A stretch of DNA of 64,000 nucleotides. Source: an uncultured virus (IMG/VR IMGVR_UViG_3300022468_000816) (lineage: Duplodnaviria > Heunggongvirae > Uroviricota > Caudoviricetes). The notes below the pieces were generated by a model. The model made no database searches and had not been told where the DNA came from. It saw nothing but the letters and a program-made list of their open reading frames with translations. The stretch lies in the IMG/VR virus record IMGVR_UViG_3300022468_000816; one strand, given 5' to 3'. Every line of letters starts with the position of its first letter. Position 1 is the first letter of the stretch. Shown here one piece after another: positions 1-8,517 of the stretch. Position numbers and translations under genes: made by a program.

Positions 1-302
1 GTTTTGTCAGCTGGGTGCCCTGGCAGCAGCGGGCCGCCGGCGGGCAGCACCTTGGCCAGGGGCTCCTCGCCCTCCTCCTTGAGCAGCGCAGGCGACAGGG
101 CGAATGCCTCGGCGATCTGGCCTCGCTTCTGCGTGAACAGATGCTCAAGCTGTTGCTCTGTGCCGGTTTCCATAGGGGCTGCAGCGAATGCGGCGGCCTT
201 CGGGCGCGGGTCGGGCGCATAGACCGTGGGCCCGCCGGTGCGCACCAGCACCCGCTCGGTGTCTCCACCGATGGTGTGGAAGGTCTCATACTCGGCGGTC
301 AT
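1..302 (-). CDS. hypothetical protein, runs off the left end
   Basis: ATG at 302 overlaps the upstream TGA (ATGA); frame MTAEYETFHTIGG... stays open to base 1; not in the ORF track. Confidence 0.55.
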   Translation of the reverse strand, partial: MTAEYETFHTIGGDTERVLVRTGGPTVYAPDPRPKAAAFAAAPMETGTEQQLEHLFTQKRGQIAEAFALSPALLKEEGEEPLAKVLPAGGPLLPGHPADK

Positions 303-538
303 GGACACACCACCGAGCTGTCGTTGAACCGGCGCGCGTAGCAGGCCTTGTGCTCGGCCACCTCGGCAGCATCGGGAACGCCGCAGCGCGTGAGCACCTT
401 GCCGGTCTCGATGTACCAGGCCTCGGCCATCTGTGCCTCATCGATGGCGATGGTCAGCAGGCGGCAGGCGTCAGGCGGTGGCGTGGCGCAGCCGGCCAGC
501 AGCACCAGGGCCGCCAGGGTGATGGCGGCGCGGATCAT
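299..538 (-). CDS. small lipoprotein
   Basis: MIRAAITLAALVLLAG-C lipobox; ATGA coupling on both sides. Confidence 0.65.
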   Translation of the reverse strand: MIRAAITLAALVLLAGCATPPPDACRLLTIAIDEAQMAEAWYIETGKVLTRCGVPDAAEVAEHKACYARRFNDSSVVCP

Positions 539-1179
539 GCTGGCACCTCGCCTGTGTAGCCGTCGGGGCGCGGCGCCCAGGCGATGGGGTGGAAGTAGTA
601 GCCGTGCTGGAAGGTGAACTCGCCCTCGTGCCGCCACTTGCCGTTGCCTTTGTGCTCAAGCACGTGCACCTCGCGGCCGCCGTCGGTGTCCACGGTCACC
701 AGCCACTCGCCAGCAGGCGGGAGCGTGGACGCGTCGCCGTCGACCAGCACGGTCCACGGGATGCCGCTGGGCATCGGGATGAGCGGCATCGGCGGCGCAT
801 TGCGGATGGCTTCGCGCAGCTCGGCCAGCTGCTCAGGTGTAGCGTTGAGCACCGGCGGGGCGCCGGCCAGGCGCTCGCGCTCGGCGTAGACCACCATGGG
901 CCACAGCTTGTTGATGGCCGCCTTGCGGGCCTCGATGCGGCCGGTCTCGGCGTCGAATTTGGCAGGGTCCGCGCAGTAGGACTCACCGGTGACGGTGTGG
1001 CCGTTGGTGGTCACCAGGACGCAGAAGGTCAGCAGATCGAGCGCCTTGTTCGGCTCGGCGCCGGGATCTGACTCGCCGCTGCAGAAGTTGATGCAGCGAA
1101 TCGCGCCGGCCGCCGTGAAGTAGTGCTCGCTGGCGATGCACAGCTCGACGCCGGCAATGGTGACCTGCGGCGCGGTCAT
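535..1179 (-). CDS. N4 Gp49/Sf6 gp66-family domain (Acb4-like nucleotide-sponge candidate) fused to a C-terminal domain
   Basis: LTFCVLVTTNGHTVTGESYCADPAKFDAETGRIEARKAAINKLWP matches the family pattern as I recall it; ATGA-coupled start. Confidence 0.7.
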   Translation of the reverse strand: MTAPQVTIAGVELCIASEHYFTAAGAIRCINFCSGESDPGAEPNKALDLLTFCVLVTTNGHTVTGESYCADPAKFDAETGRIEARKAAINKLWPMVVYAERERLAGAPPVLNATPEQLAELREAIRNAPPMPLIPMPSGIPWTVLVDGDASTLPPAGEWLVTVDTDGGREVHVLEHKGNGKWRHEGEFTFQHGYYFHPIAWAPRPDGYTGEVPA

Positions 1180-1514
1180 TGGCAGGCCTCGCACGTGCCG
1201 TCGCCCGACAGGTCGCAGGCGGGCGCCAGCGGGGTGTCGTCGTTGAGGTCGAGGCCCTTGCCGTCGCTGTCGAGCGGCTGCATGGCGGCGATGGCCGGGT
1301 GTGCCGCGGCCGCCGGCGCCACGCCCAGGACGTGCTCCAGCATGGCGCGCGCCTGCACGGCGGTCAGCAGGTTGGTGCCGACGGGCATTGCGCCCTCGCG
1401 CTTGGAGACGCCGCCATCCGGGTTGAAGTCCGCGGGCAGCTTCCAGCTCAGGAAGCGGTTCACCATCTCGTCGGTGACGACAGAGGCGGCAGGCTTGGTA
1501 GAGGTCATGATCAA
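1176..1514 (-). CDS. hypothetical phage protein with C-terminal ACDLSGDGTCEACQ tail
   Basis: GC3-rich ORF coupled to the next gene; start could be 1508. Confidence 0.7.
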   Translation of the reverse strand: MIMTSTKPAASVVTDEMVNRFLSWKLPADFNPDGGVSKREGAMPVGTNLLTAVQARAMLEHVLGVAPAAAAHPAIAAMQPLDSDGKGLDLNDDTPLAPACDLSGDGTCEACQ

Positions 1515-1602
1515 TGGGCCCGGCGAGGGGCCGAAAGGTGCACGGGCTCGCGTAAGTCGTTGTCGCGCAAGGCCCGGGCGGGTTGAAAAAACAGCTTGAG
1601 GG

Positions 1603-1908
1603 TCAGATTTCCAGGCGGCTCAGCAGGTCCGACAGCATGTCGTTCGCGGCTTCGATGCGATCAGCCTCGGTGTGGATGCACAGAGCCAACGGCGTAGTGG
1701 GGGGGATCGCTTTCGCGCACTGCGCGCCGCTGTCCGTTGGGGACGACAGCACGGCGCTCAAACGCGACGTGAGCGCTTCCACGCGTTCGTGCAGCATGTT
1801 GACGCGATGGTTCAGGGCGGTGGTTGCCCGGTACACCTCGGGCTGGCGTACAGCGTCCGAGTCTTGAGCTGCGGTGAAGCGGGTTCCAGCGGCGGCTTGG
1901 TTGAGCAT
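1603..1908 (-). CDS. hypothetical coiled-coil protein
   Basis: 101-aa ORF in operon orientation, downstream of a boxed promoter. Confidence 0.6.
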   Translation of the reverse strand: MLNQAAAGTRFTAAQDSDAVRQPEVYRATTALNHRVNMLHERVEALTSRLSAVLSSPTDSGAQCAKAIPPTTPLALCIHTEADRIEAANDMLSDLLSRLEI

Positions 1909-1953
1909 GATGGATTGAGGTAGGCCCCGGCAACCGGCCGGGTCGGTGCCCCG

Positions 1954-1973
1954 ATTATGCGCTTATTTGATCA
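1954..1973 (-). promoter_or_regulatory. TGATC-box promoter
   Basis: minus strand TGATC AAATAA GCG CATAAT; same box/-10 geometry as other copies. Confidence 0.55.
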
Positions 1974-1980
1974 AAAAGTG

Positions 1981-2709
1981 TCAGAACCAGCCTGCATTGA
2001 TGTCGTACAGCCGAACGCTGAACGTCTTGCCGGCAGGTCGGCCAGCAAACAGCAGGGCGAACGCGACTTGATCGCCGGTGAGCGTTTCGTGCGTCTGGGC
2101 TTCGCGCCACACATTGGTGACGGCCTGCTGCGTGCTCTCGCGCGCCGCCGTGTAGGCGATATTGCCGGGCACCGAATGGATGCCCACGTGGTAGACATCG
2201 CCGTCCACGTAGTCGATTGGGTGCGCGCGTGGGGTATCGGCATTGCAGACAGTGCCATTTACCGTGCCCGGGCCATCCTGACAGACGTTCGTGATGGCAG
2301 CAGCATCCCGGCGCATCAGCTCGCCGATGACGCCGCGCTCGCGCATCACAGCAACGCCGCGCGCGACGTACTTGGTACGGCTCAGGTCGATGGTGCCGCG
2401 GGTAAGTACCGCCAAGTGGTCTCCGGCTGGCGCTGGGCCGCTAAAGAAGCCACTTGTCGTCATGCTGAACTCCACGAACTGGGTGCCCGCGCCAGGGCAG
2501 TTGAAAATCGCCCTCGTCGCATCATCACCGGTCGAGACCGCAATCAATGGTGCACCGAGCGTCGCGCGCTGGTACTGCACTATCTGGCCACCTGCCTGCT
2601 GCTCAACGATGATCTCGACAGGCAGAGCGCAGGACGCCACGGCCTCAATGGCAGAGCAGGCGCCGAAGATGGAGGCTGAGCAAAGGAGCAAGGAACGGAG
2701 GAGCTTCAC
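1981..2709 (-). CDS. secreted beta-rich protein ending in GWF (paralogue of 33248-34039)
   Basis: N-terminal signal peptide MKLLRSLLLCSASIFG; GTG start; own upstream promoter. Confidence 0.75.
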   Translation of the reverse strand: MKLLRSLLLCSASIFGACSAIEAVASCALPVEIIVEQQAGGQIVQYQRATLGAPLIAVSTGDDATRAIFNCPGAGTQFVEFSMTTSGFFSGPAPAGDHLAVLTRGTIDLSRTKYVARGVAVMRERGVIGELMRRDAAAITNVCQDGPGTVNGTVCNADTPRAHPIDYVDGDVYHVGIHSVPGNIAYTAARESTQQAVTNVWREAQTHETLTGDQVAFALLFAGRPAGKTFSVRLYDINAGWF

Positions 2710-2756
2710 GGATTACTTTCGAAGATCCCAGGCATCCGGCCTGTTCGGTTGCCCCT

Positions 2757-2776
2757 ATTATGATCTTTTTTGATCA
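2757..2776 (-). promoter_or_regulatory. TGATC-box promoter (perfect palindrome)
   Basis: TGATCTTTTTTGATCA at 2761-2776; minus strand TGATC AAAAAA GAT CATAAT. Confidence 0.65.
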
Positions 2777-2852
2777 ACTTGTGTTGTCTTGTCGCGCCCG
2801 GGCAACTCCAGCACCGCCGACCACCAGAACCACCACACCATGGCCGGCCACA

Positions 2853-3377
2853 TCACGCATCCCTCGCGGCCTGCAGGAACTCTGCGATATCGCCCTTCCA
2901 TGCGCCATAGCGGGCCACCACGGCGCGGAACTCCTCGATGTCGTGGCCTTGGCAGCCGTAGACGGGCAGCCCGTCCTTGTCGAACTTGAGGCCGCCGAAC
3001 TTGTCCATTTTCTGCCGCACGTGCATGAGCTCGTGGAACACCAGCGCCTCGCGCTCGTGTGCGCTGGCCTGCTCCCACCAGGGCGCGTTGATGACCACCA
3101 CGAACTTCGGCAGGTGTCCCAGCATGCCCAGCAGCAGCTGCTCGAACAGGTCTTTGAATGCGCCCTGCGCCATGTGGGCGGTTTCGTGCACGCTGCCCAG
3201 CTCGGTGCGGTTGCCCTTGAACTTGGGCTCGTTGCGCATGAGCCAGCCGAAGGTGATCTCGTTCTCCAGCAGGTGGCGCTGCTCGGGATAGGTCATCACG
3301 CGCTCGGCGATGTCGCCAGGGTGCGCGTCGTCGGGCGGCAGGCTGTAGGCCGGCGCGAAGTCGTCGTCGTCGTTCAT
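2853..3377 (-). CDS. putative phage metallopeptidase
   Basis: HELMH zincin motif followed by HDIEEF...RYG. Confidence 0.8.
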   Translation of the reverse strand: MNDDDDFAPAYSLPPDDAHPGDIAERVMTYPEQRHLLENEITFGWLMRNEPKFKGNRTELGSVHETAHMAQGAFKDLFEQLLLGMLGHLPKFVVVINAPWWEQASAHEREALVFHELMHVRQKMDKFGGLKFDKDGLPVYGCQGHDIEEFRAVVARYGAWKGDIAEFLQAARDA

Positions 3378-3384
3378 GGCGGGC

Positions 3385-3400
3385 AGTGTGGCGTCACGCC
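3385..3400 (-). promoter_or_regulatory. late-type promoter
   Basis: GGCGTGAC GC CACACT, then 7 nt, then ATG at 3377. Confidence 0.55.
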
Positions 3401-3702
3401 GGGCCGAACAGCGCCGTGGTGATGGGGTCGCGCGGCGGGATCTTGCCCATGGGGCGCGACGCCGTCTCGGGCCGGCGCTGCCGCGGGTCCGGCACATCCT
3501 CGCCCGGGCCGGCATGGTGGATGGCCGCCGGCGCGCCCTTGGGGGGAATGTTCCAGCCGCCAATGTGGCACCGCTTCTCGGCGCGCATAGCCTTCACGTG
3601 GACGCCCGCAGTGACCTTGGTGGTGTAGCCGCGCTCGGCCAGCTCTGTGAGGGTCCCCGGCATGGCCGCCAGGATCCGGGCTTGGGTTCGTTCGATGGTC
3701 AT
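3394..3702 (-). CDS. winged-HTH-like protein
   Basis: RILAAMPGTLTELAE...HIGGW; ends RDPITTALFGPA like its neighbour. Confidence 0.7.
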   Translation of the reverse strand: MTIERTQARILAAMPGTLTELAERGYTTKVTAGVHVKAMRAEKRCHIGGWNIPPKGAPAAIHHAGPGEDVPDPRQRRPETASRPMGKIPPRDPITTALFGPA

Positions 3703-4124
3703 GCTGCAGGTCCGAATAGTGCGGCGATCATAGGGTCACGTCGCGGGCCGCGCGCGTCGATGCGGGCCAGGCGCTGGCGCTGAATGTGGTCGATGGCCAC
3801 GTCTGGGTCCTGGCGGCGGCGATGCGAACGCATGCGCTCGGCGCCCTCCTTCCTTGCGGGCTTGCGCTTGTCCTTGCGGTCGCCTGCCAGGTAGACAGCC
3901 GACGGGCTGCCCGGGCTATTGGGTCGCCAGGCGTGCACATGGATGCGCCGCGGTGTCTCAGCCATCAGCGCCGACAGATAGGACTGCACGCCCCGCACGC
4001 CGATGCTGGTGGCCTCGGCCAGCTCCTGCCGGGTGTGAGGCTTCTGCAGCAGTTCGAGGATGCGCTCCATGCGGGCGGCCGCATGGCTGTAGCGGAAGGT
4101 GTAGCCTTGATTGGGGGTGGTCAT
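3699..4124 (-). CDS. winged-HTH-like protein
   Basis: RILELLQKPHTRQELAEATSIGVRGVQSYL HTH; ends RDPMIAALFGPAA; ATGA-coupled. Confidence 0.72.
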   Translation of the reverse strand: MTTPNQGYTFRYSHAAARMERILELLQKPHTRQELAEATSIGVRGVQSYLSALMAETPRRIHVHAWRPNSPGSPSAVYLAGDRKDKRKPARKEGAERMRSHRRRQDPDVAIDHIQRQRLARIDARGPRRDPMIAALFGPAA

Positions 4125-4993
4125 GCGTGGTTGTCGAAGGAAAGGGTTGTCTGGGCGCGTGGGCGGCGCAGGGCTTCGGTGGCGGCCGGGCTGAGCCATA
4201 GGGTCTCGGTGCGCATCGCCGTGCCGCGGCCGGCCGAGATCCTGGCGCTGGTCTGGTGGCGCTCCCAGCTGGTCAGCATGTCGTTGTAGAGCTCGCAGTC
4301 GTAGCCGCTGAGCACCACCATGCCCTCCAGCTGCTGCAGCGCCTCGATCAGCTCTACGTGGTCGGCGTCGGTCATCTCGTGGGCGTAGTAGGAGCTGGTG
4401 CCCTTGGCCACGCGCTCGTCGCGGGTCGACAGCACATAGGGCGGGTCGGCGTAGTGCAGGGTGTCGACGCCATCGTGCTGGCGCATCACCTCGATCGCCG
4501 GCCGGTTTTCGATCAGCACGCCCAGCAGGCGCTCGCCGATCGCGCTCAGGTGGTCCGGGTAGCGGGCCCACACCTGCTGCGCCGTGCCGTACTTGCGCCG
4601 GGTATCGATGCGGAACCCGGTACCGCCTTTGGTAGCACCCGCGGAGCCGAAGCCCATGGACGCCCGGATGGCCAGCCGGCGGGCGCGCTCCACCATGTCG
4701 TCGGTTGGCTCGTAGGCATCCAGGAACTCGGTGCGCGCATAGGGCGTCATCACGCAGGCCTCGATCAGCTGCTCGCGCATCTCGCGATCGCGCAGCACAC
4801 GGAAGAAGTTCACCACGTCGCCGTCCAGGTCGTTGTACACCTCGGCATAGACCGGCTTCTTGTGCAGCAGCACGGACGCGGCGCCGCCGAAGGGTTCGAC
4901 GTAGAGCTCGTGGGCGGGAAAGAACGAGGTGACCCATGGGGCCATGCGGAACTTGCCGCCGTGGTAGCGGATGGCGGGGGACGAGATGGTCAT
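4121..4993 (-). CDS. Dam/D12-class N6-adenine DNA methyltransferase
   Basis: RYHGGK, YVEPFGGAASV, YNDLD and DPPY motifs in alpha-class order. Confidence 0.92.
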   Translation of the reverse strand: MTISSPAIRYHGGKFRMAPWVTSFFPAHELYVEPFGGAASVLLHKKPVYAEVYNDLDGDVVNFFRVLRDREMREQLIEACVMTPYARTEFLDAYEPTDDMVERARRLAIRASMGFGSAGATKGGTGFRIDTRRKYGTAQQVWARYPDHLSAIGERLLGVLIENRPAIEVMRQHDGVDTLHYADPPYVLSTRDERVAKGTSSYYAHEMTDADHVELIEALQQLEGMVVLSGYDCELYNDMLTSWERHQTSARISAGRGTAMRTETLWLSPAATEALRRPRAQTTLSFDNHA

Positions 4994-5202
4994 GCTGGGG
5001 TGGTGGCGAAAAGGTCGAGGGTGTCGGTGTCGACGAACGGCAGGGCATGCTGCGCCGGCTCAGCGGCCTTGCCCTTGGGCTGCACCAGGCCGGCGGTCAC
5101 AGCGCACACCGGGCCCACCGGCAGGCCGTTCGCCAGGGCGACCGCGCGCTGCAGCGGGCGGTTGCACTTGCAGCACCTCATGGGTGGATAGGTTTTGGTC
5201 AT
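4990..5202 (-). CDS. small Zn-finger protein
   Basis: CCKCNRPL...GPVC; ATGA-coupled to the MTase. Confidence 0.65.
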   Translation of the reverse strand: MTKTYPPMRCCKCNRPLQRAVALANGLPVGPVCAVTAGLVQPKGKAAEPAQHALPFVDTDTLDLFATTPA

Positions 5203-5296
5203 ATTCGATCATTCTGCGCCCGATTTGCGCCCGGAAACCTTGGGCGCATGCTCGGAACCCGCATAAACACTGGGTTTGTGGTGCCGAAAAAACAGC

Positions 5297-5587
5297 TTAC
5301 GTAGCTGAATGCGGCGGGGTGGATGCCTGCGCGGCCGTGATCTCGGCAGGCCATTCCGGGCTGCGCATGGGGTTGGGCTCGCACCGGATCCCCGCGTCCA
5401 CGCCCGTTTTCAGCTTCATGCCGCAGGAGCAGATGGCCGCCTCGCTGCGGCCCTCCTTCTCGACCCCGCACCCAGCGCACCGGTAGATGCGCCGGCGGTC
5501 GAAGGTCTCGCGCACCAGGACGCGGGAGAAGCAGACGCGGCAGCAGTGCGGCGTGATCGCCCACTGGTAGTCGTCGCGCGCCGCCAT
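5297..5587 (-). CDS. Cys-rich hypothetical protein
   Basis: MAARDDYQW..HCCRVC..CAGC..CSCG; TGATG overlap with the upstream gene. Confidence 0.65.
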   Translation of the reverse strand: MAARDDYQWAITPHCCRVCFSRVLVRETFDRRRIYRCAGCGVEKEGRSEAAICSCGMKLKTGVDAGIRCEPNPMRSPEWPAEITAAQASTPPHSAT

Positions 5588-6114
5588 CACCAGAGCCTCG
5601 CCTGGCGCACCGCGGCGGGCGGGCGGCTGTCGTAGGCGAAGGACACCCGGCTGCGGCTGTCGCGCAGCGTGGCCACGATCAGCTCGTCCATGTCGGCCGA
5701 CATCGCGACGCGCAGGTACCGCATGTCGCCGTTGGCGTTGAACCGCAGGTGGCGGGCATCGAGGCGGCAGGTCTTCACCGGCGCCGTGCCCTTGGCGTTG
5801 CGTCCGGCCAACACCTCGCGCTCGCGGTTGTAACAGCTCACGCACCGGTGGCCACCGATTAGCCGGGCGGATGGCCGATGGCATCGCGCGCAGGTCAGCG
5901 TGCCCTTGAGGGGCGACATCGACGCGGCCACCTCACCGGCATGCACCGCGCCCGTGGGACACAGCCTACAGGCGGCGCACTGCCCGTCGTTGAGCTCGTC
6001 CGCGCGCCGCCAGGACGCTGCGCACGCCGTCGTGGACAGCGTCGCCCGCTGGCGCTCGCAGCGGAAGTACACCTTCCCCGGCACGCCATCGATGGCGAAG
6101 TATTCAGTCATCAC
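5587..6114 (-). CDS. Cys-rich (multiple CxxC) hypothetical protein
   Basis: CAACRLC, CARC, CVSC; first gene left of the divergent region. Confidence 0.7.
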   Translation of the reverse strand: MMTEYFAIDGVPGKVYFRCERQRATLSTTACAASWRRADELNDGQCAACRLCPTGAVHAGEVAASMSPLKGTLTCARCHRPSARLIGGHRCVSCYNREREVLAGRNAKGTAPVKTCRLDARHLRFNANGDMRYLRVAMSADMDELIVATLRDSRSRVSFAYDSRPPAAVRQARLW

Positions 6115-6259
6115 ACCCCCGAATTGATCATATCCGGTGCAATTCTACGCGCAGACGCCCAGATTTGAGCAAGTGTTTTCGGGTGATCTTGCGTGATGCT
6201 TTGTGACTCAATACAATCTGTATGAAACACATCAAGAAAAGGAGTGACTACCAAACCTT

Positions 6260-6570
6260 AGCCCGTTACCCCGGTTCCAGACAGTAACGACCCCGGTAAC
6301 AGCCCCAATCCCTTTGCCCCTCTTATCTTATATCCCTTGTTACCAAGAAATATATATATAGAGACCCCCATAGGGAAAGTGTGCTTATATATATGATATA
6401 TACATATTATTTGTTTCATATTTATATATCAGTGTATAAAAATATATGTGTGTAGGTCCGATGCACGGTAACGCGGTACCCGGACCTCAGACCCCGCCCG
6501 AAACAGACGTAAGTCATTGTTTCTAAACAGTTTCAACCCGTAACCGGCCGCGTTACCGCACCGGTAGCAA
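6260..6570. other. putative replication origin
   Basis: AT-rich core (about 6346-6450) with TA runs, flanked by GTTAC/GTAAC repeats and an IHF-like site at 6510-6522. Confidence 0.6.
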
Positions 6571-6579
6571 AGACCCCAA

Positions 6580-7230
6580 ATGCGCAACCAAGACACCCTC
6601 TCCATCCGCCGATCCATCAACCCGCTGACCATCGGCCAGTCGGCAACGCTGCAGATCGCTGACACCCCACCCGCTGACGTGATCGCCTACGCGAAGAAGT
6701 TCGCCAAGCAACGCGGCATGTTCATCAGCATCTCGGAGACCCCCGAGGGCGTCGTGGTGACCCGCACGGAGACCGCCACGAGGCATCCGGCATACCCCGA
6801 GATGGCCACCTTGGGCGTGGGCAAGTCGCACCTGTTCCAGGTACCGCGCGCTTTCCACCACAGGATCCGCCAGGCGGCATCTTTCCGCAGCAAAACCACG
6901 GGCATGCGGCTGGCGTGCACCGTCGAAGGCGATGGCATGCGCGTCACCCGCCTGCCCGTCACGCCCGAGGAGATCGCCGCGTGCGGCAGCATGCAACCCG
7001 TGGCCAGGGTGACGAAGTACGACCTCGATCGCCTGTCCACCACGCGCGAGCTGCGGTTCACCATCGAGCGCAGCGACCACCACAAACTGCGACTGGCCTG
7101 CACCAACAAAGCCAAGACCACGGGCTGGACCATCCGCTGCCGCCTGCAGGATGACGGCACCATGCTGGTCTACCGGACCGATGCAGGTGCGCCAGCGAGG
7201 ACGCCCGAGGCTGCTACCACGGGCGCGTGA
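6580..7230 (+). CDS. protein with three tandem ~55-aa alpha/beta repeats, probably DNA-binding
   Basis: three units ending EGVVVTR, DGMRVTR and DGTMLVYR. Confidence 0.75.
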   Translation: MRNQDTLSIRRSINPLTIGQSATLQIADTPPADVIAYAKKFAKQRGMFISISETPEGVVVTRTETATRHPAYPEMATLGVGKSHLFQVPRAFHHRIRQAASFRSKTTGMRLACTVEGDGMRVTRLPVTPEEIAACGSMQPVARVTKYDLDRLSTTRELRFTIERSDHHKLRLACTNKAKTTGWTIRCRLQDDGTMLVYRTDAGAPARTPEAATTGA

Positions 7231-7309
7231 TAGTGCCCGCAGCCCGCGCCAGCGCTGGAGTTCTGCCCGGCCGGCGCGGCGCACTATCACGATAGTCGCC
7301 TACTATCAC
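7227..7309. repeat. GATAGT/ACTATC repeat cluster
   Basis: GTGATAGTGC (7227-7236) and GCACTATCAC (7281-7290) form a perfect inverted repeat; further copies at 7291 and 7302. Confidence 0.7.
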
Positions 7310-7344
7310 TCTCACTACTCTCATTGAAACGTTGCAGCCAATAC

Positions 7345-7364
7345 TGATCAAAAAAGAGTAATAT
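7345..7364 (+). promoter_or_regulatory. TGATC-box promoter
   Basis: TGATC AAAAAA GAG TAATAT, then GAGGAG RBS and ATG at 7400. Confidence 0.6.
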
Positions 7365-7399
7365 TCAGTCATCGGTTAGTTGTTTTTGAGGAGCTGAAA

Positions 7400-7651
7400 A
7401 TGATTGTTCAACACGAAGAAGCCCAGCAAGACGCCAGCGCATGGTCGGCTGTGGTGGTGGTCGCCGGTGTGATCTACCGGGCAAGCTATGTCGCCAATAA
7501 GCTGAGCTGCAGCCTCGGCCCCTACAAGCACGCTCCCCGCCGGCCCCGCTGGGCCCTGCAGTCGGTGCAGAAATGGGCCGAGCAGCGCGTCGCAGCCCTC
7601 TCGCCCGAGTGGATGGCCATGCACCGCGAGATGTACGGGCAGCCGGCCTGA
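7400..7651 (+). CDS. hypothetical protein
   Basis: strong RBS GAGGAG. Confidence 0.7.
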   Translation: MIVQHEEAQQDASAWSAVVVVAGVIYRASYVANKLSCSLGPYKHAPRRPRWALQSVQKWAEQRVAALSPEWMAMHREMYGQPA

Positions 7652-7709
7652 TTCCACCGCTGAGCCCCTGCTGGGGGTTCACCAGTGCAATCACCAACCG
7701 GAGAAAACC

Positions 7710-8015
7710 ATGGCCCTCATCCTCAACCAGTCCCAAGCCGAAGCCGTCTACAGCGCCATGTGCGCGCTGAACAATGTGGGCGGCAGGGTCCAGGCCACTT
7801 TCGGTGATAGGGCCAGCGAAAGTGTGCACGCATTCGAGAAGGACTGCGGCAGCGTGCGAGTCGTGCAGGTGCGTCGCTACAGGGTGGTCCTCGCCGAGAA
7901 CTACCCAAACCAATCCGCCTTCGCCACCGCCTACGGCCTGGACCATGGCGGCGAGCCGCAGAGCGCCGTGGCCGCGGCCGCGGGCGGAATCACGCAGACC
8001 GCGATCGAGCGCTGA
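7710..8015 (+). CDS. hypothetical protein
   Basis: GGAG RBS; GC3-rich. Confidence 0.7.
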   Translation: MALILNQSQAEAVYSAMCALNNVGGRVQATFGDRASESVHAFEKDCGSVRVVQVRRYRVVLAENYPNQSAFATAYGLDHGGEPQSAVAAAAGGITQTAIER

Positions 8016-8072
8016 CCCCACCGCACTGCCCCGCGAGCCGAGGCAGTCCAGTGCGATCAACCACCCACCACC

Positions 8073-8471
8073 ATGACCACCACCCCAGACATCCGCCCCG
8101 GCACCGTGCTGGCGGTCGCCGAGCGCAACCATGGCATAAGCCACTGGCCCAAGGTGACGCAGAGCCTCTACACCGTCAGCCGCCTGACCGCGACACAAGC
8201 CATAGCAGTCGGCGAGCACGGAGAGCTTCGCGTGCACCTGAAAAATCTCCGCGTCGTGGGCCAGGACTACACCTATGCCGGCATTGCCACCGAGGAGCTG
8301 CAGGCCAAGCACGCCGCGCAGATCGCGGAGGTTGCCCGTTACCGCGCTGCAGACGCGCTCGTCGCTGACCTGATCGACCGCCCCATGCACCAGCTGAAGC
8401 TGACCACCGAGCAGCTGGAAGCCCTCGCCAAGGCATGGGTCGAGATCAAGGCCATGGCCCCGCAGGCCTAA
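8073..8471 (+). CDS. hypothetical protein
   Basis: 132-aa ORF with phage-like codon bias. Confidence 0.7.
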   Translation: MTTTPDIRPGTVLAVAERNHGISHWPKVTQSLYTVSRLTATQAIAVGEHGELRVHLKNLRVVGQDYTYAGIATEELQAKHAAQIAEVARYRAADALVADLIDRPMHQLKLTTEQLEALAKAWVEIKAMAPQA

Positions 8472-8517
8472 CACCACCACCTTCAACCCCAGCCGGGACA
8501 GGCCCGGCGCTCCTACA

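Noticed and set aside
2761..2776. TGATC box as a host LexA, FNR or CRP site
   Set aside because: Does not fit CTGT-N8-ACAG, TTGAT-N4-ATCAA or TGTGA-N6-TCACA.
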